This document shows, piece by piece, positions 31,353 through 32,000 of a DNA stretch of 32,000 nucleotides. Origin of the DNA: Longivirga aurantiaca (lineage in GTDB: Bacteria > Actinomycetota > Actinomycetes > S36-B12 > CAIYMF01); assembly GCF_042660085.1 (NCBI RefSeq), contig NZ_JBHSTI010000008.1:600001-632000 (forward strand), given 5' to 3'. Below the pieces are notes generated by a model. That model ran no database searches. It was not told the origin of the DNA and was given only the letters and a program-made list of their open reading frames with translations. The stretch's first letter is position 1, and each line of letters begins with the position of its first letter. The translations under genes and the position numbers were made by a program.

Positions 31353-32000
31353 GTGATCGGCTGGTTGCGGTCGTCGCGGGCACGGACTGCCGCGGCGGTG
31401 CTGGGCGTGGTCGCGCTGCTCGCCGCCCTTCTCCTCTGGGTCGTCCCTGTGCTGACCGCGGGGCCGACGGTCCGCGAGGAGGCGCTCCGCGTGCCGGTGG
31501 GCGCCGAGCCCGACGGCACGGCGGTCGAGCTCGACGTCGCGGTCTACACGTCCGACGGCGCCACGGCGCCCGCCCCGGCCGTGCTGCTCGCGCACGGGTT
31601 CGGGGGCAAGCGCCAGGACCTCGTCGCACAGGCACGCAGGCTCGCCGCCGAGGGGTACGTCGTCCTCACCTGGACCGCCCGCGGCTTCGGCGAGTCCGGT
31701 GGGCGCATCCACCTGAACGCACCGGCGTACGAGGTGGCCGACGCGAGCGCGCTGGTCGACCTGCTCGCCGCACGCGACGACGTCCAGCTCGACGCCGACG
31801 GCGACCCGCGGGTGGGCATCGCCGGCGGTTCCTACGGCGGCGCCATCGCGCTGCTCGCCGCGGGCTACGACCAGCGGGTCGACGCGATCGCGCCGCGGAT
31901 CACCTGGAACGACCTCGCGGCCTCGCTCTTCCCGCAGTTCGCCACGACGGGCGATCCCAGCACGGCTGCGGCGTTCGACCCCGTCCCCGACCCCGGCGTG
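31353..32000 (+). CDS. Alpha/beta hydrolase with N-terminal membrane anchor (CocE/NonD or S15-like); 3' end beyond window
   Basis: GTG start after GAGGGGG. Hand translation gives VIGWLRSSRARTAAAVLGVVALLAALLLWVVPVL...VLLAHGFGGKRQD...VVLTWTARGFGESGG...VGIAGGSYGGAIAL, with a GxSxG nucleophile elbow. The frame is open to the window end. Confidence 0.7.
   Translation, partial: MIGWLRSSRARTAAAVLGVVALLAALLLWVVPVLTAGPTVREEALRVPVGAEPDGTAVELDVAVYTSDGATAPAPAVLLAHGFGGKRQDLVAQARRLAAEGYVVLTWTARGFGESGGRIHLNAPAYEVADASALVDLLAARDDVQLDADGDPRVGIAGGSYGGAIALLAAGYDQRVDAIAPRITWNDLAASLFPQFATTGDPSTAAAFDPVPDPGV

Noticed and set aside
1-32000. Scanned for tRNA or rRNA genes, CRISPR repeat-spacer arrays, transposase or integrase genes, terminal inverted repeats, and sharp compositional shifts that would indicate an island.
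   Set aside because: None were found. There are no T-loop (GGTTCGA-type) motifs, no regularly spaced direct repeats and no recombinase-like ORFs. Composition is uniformly GC-rich apart from short promoter-size spacers at 3739-3820, 14488-14513, 26004-26197 and 28428-28512.

Overview
This is a very GC-rich, GC3-biased sequence. It has frequent GTG starts, 1-4 nt start/stop overlaps, and long Arg/Pro/Ala-rich shadow ORFs in the non-coding frames. That pattern fits a chromosomal segment of an actinobacterium; the genus cannot be determined from the sequence alone. All family assignments come from reading the translations and from remembered family signatures. No BLAST or HMM search was run. I call about 38 protein-coding genes. 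I found no rRNA, tRNA, CRISPR array, transposase or integrase.

Gene order, left to right:
- A minus-strand operon of a tautomerase, a LuxR-type regulator and a SAM methyltransferase.
- A DUF4386 membrane protein divergent from a TetR regulator, with two CCTTAC-N3-GTAAGG operators between them. The TetR gene is followed by a clear heliorhodopsin gene.
- DUF2200, a DUF2384-only miniprotein, and DUF2237.
- A small signal-peptide protein, a TraR/DksA zinc-finger gene, and a fused secDF.
- An SDR, the rifampin ADP-ribosyltransferase arr, and pgm.
- An ArsR-SRPBCC pair.
- A CstR-type persulfide/sulfide-detoxification regulon. It contains cstR, an operon of sqr, a 59-aa ORF and a TehB-like methyltransferase, and a second operon of a cstB-like persulfide dioxygenase-rhodanese fusion, a rhodanese and TauE.
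- A tightly coupled glycan cassette of GT4, an alpha-helical-repeat protein, an extended GH130-like protein, a PMI-type cupin and an alditol-oxidase-like flavoenzyme, with a divergent second GT4.
- A PucR regulator with a DesA3-like desaturase and its ferredoxin-reductase partner.
- An S4-domain protein and a partial alpha/beta hydrolase.

Most interesting observations:
1. Three copies of the palindrome ATACCCCC(G/T)GGGGTAT sit in front of the sulfide-stress transcription units. Two of them directly precede paralogous miniproteins of 52 and 38 aa, which I do not recognise from any characterised family. The two miniproteins have six cysteines and one histidine at identical positions.
2. At the cstR promoter this operator is embedded in a 60-bp near-perfect palindrome.
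3. The heliorhodopsin has all signature residues and lies next to a TetR/DUF4386 switch.
4. The TraR/DksA finger ends with a stop codon exactly where the fourth zinc-ligand cysteine is expected, and that stop overlaps the secDF start.
5. The GH130-centred glycan cassette has no assignable product.
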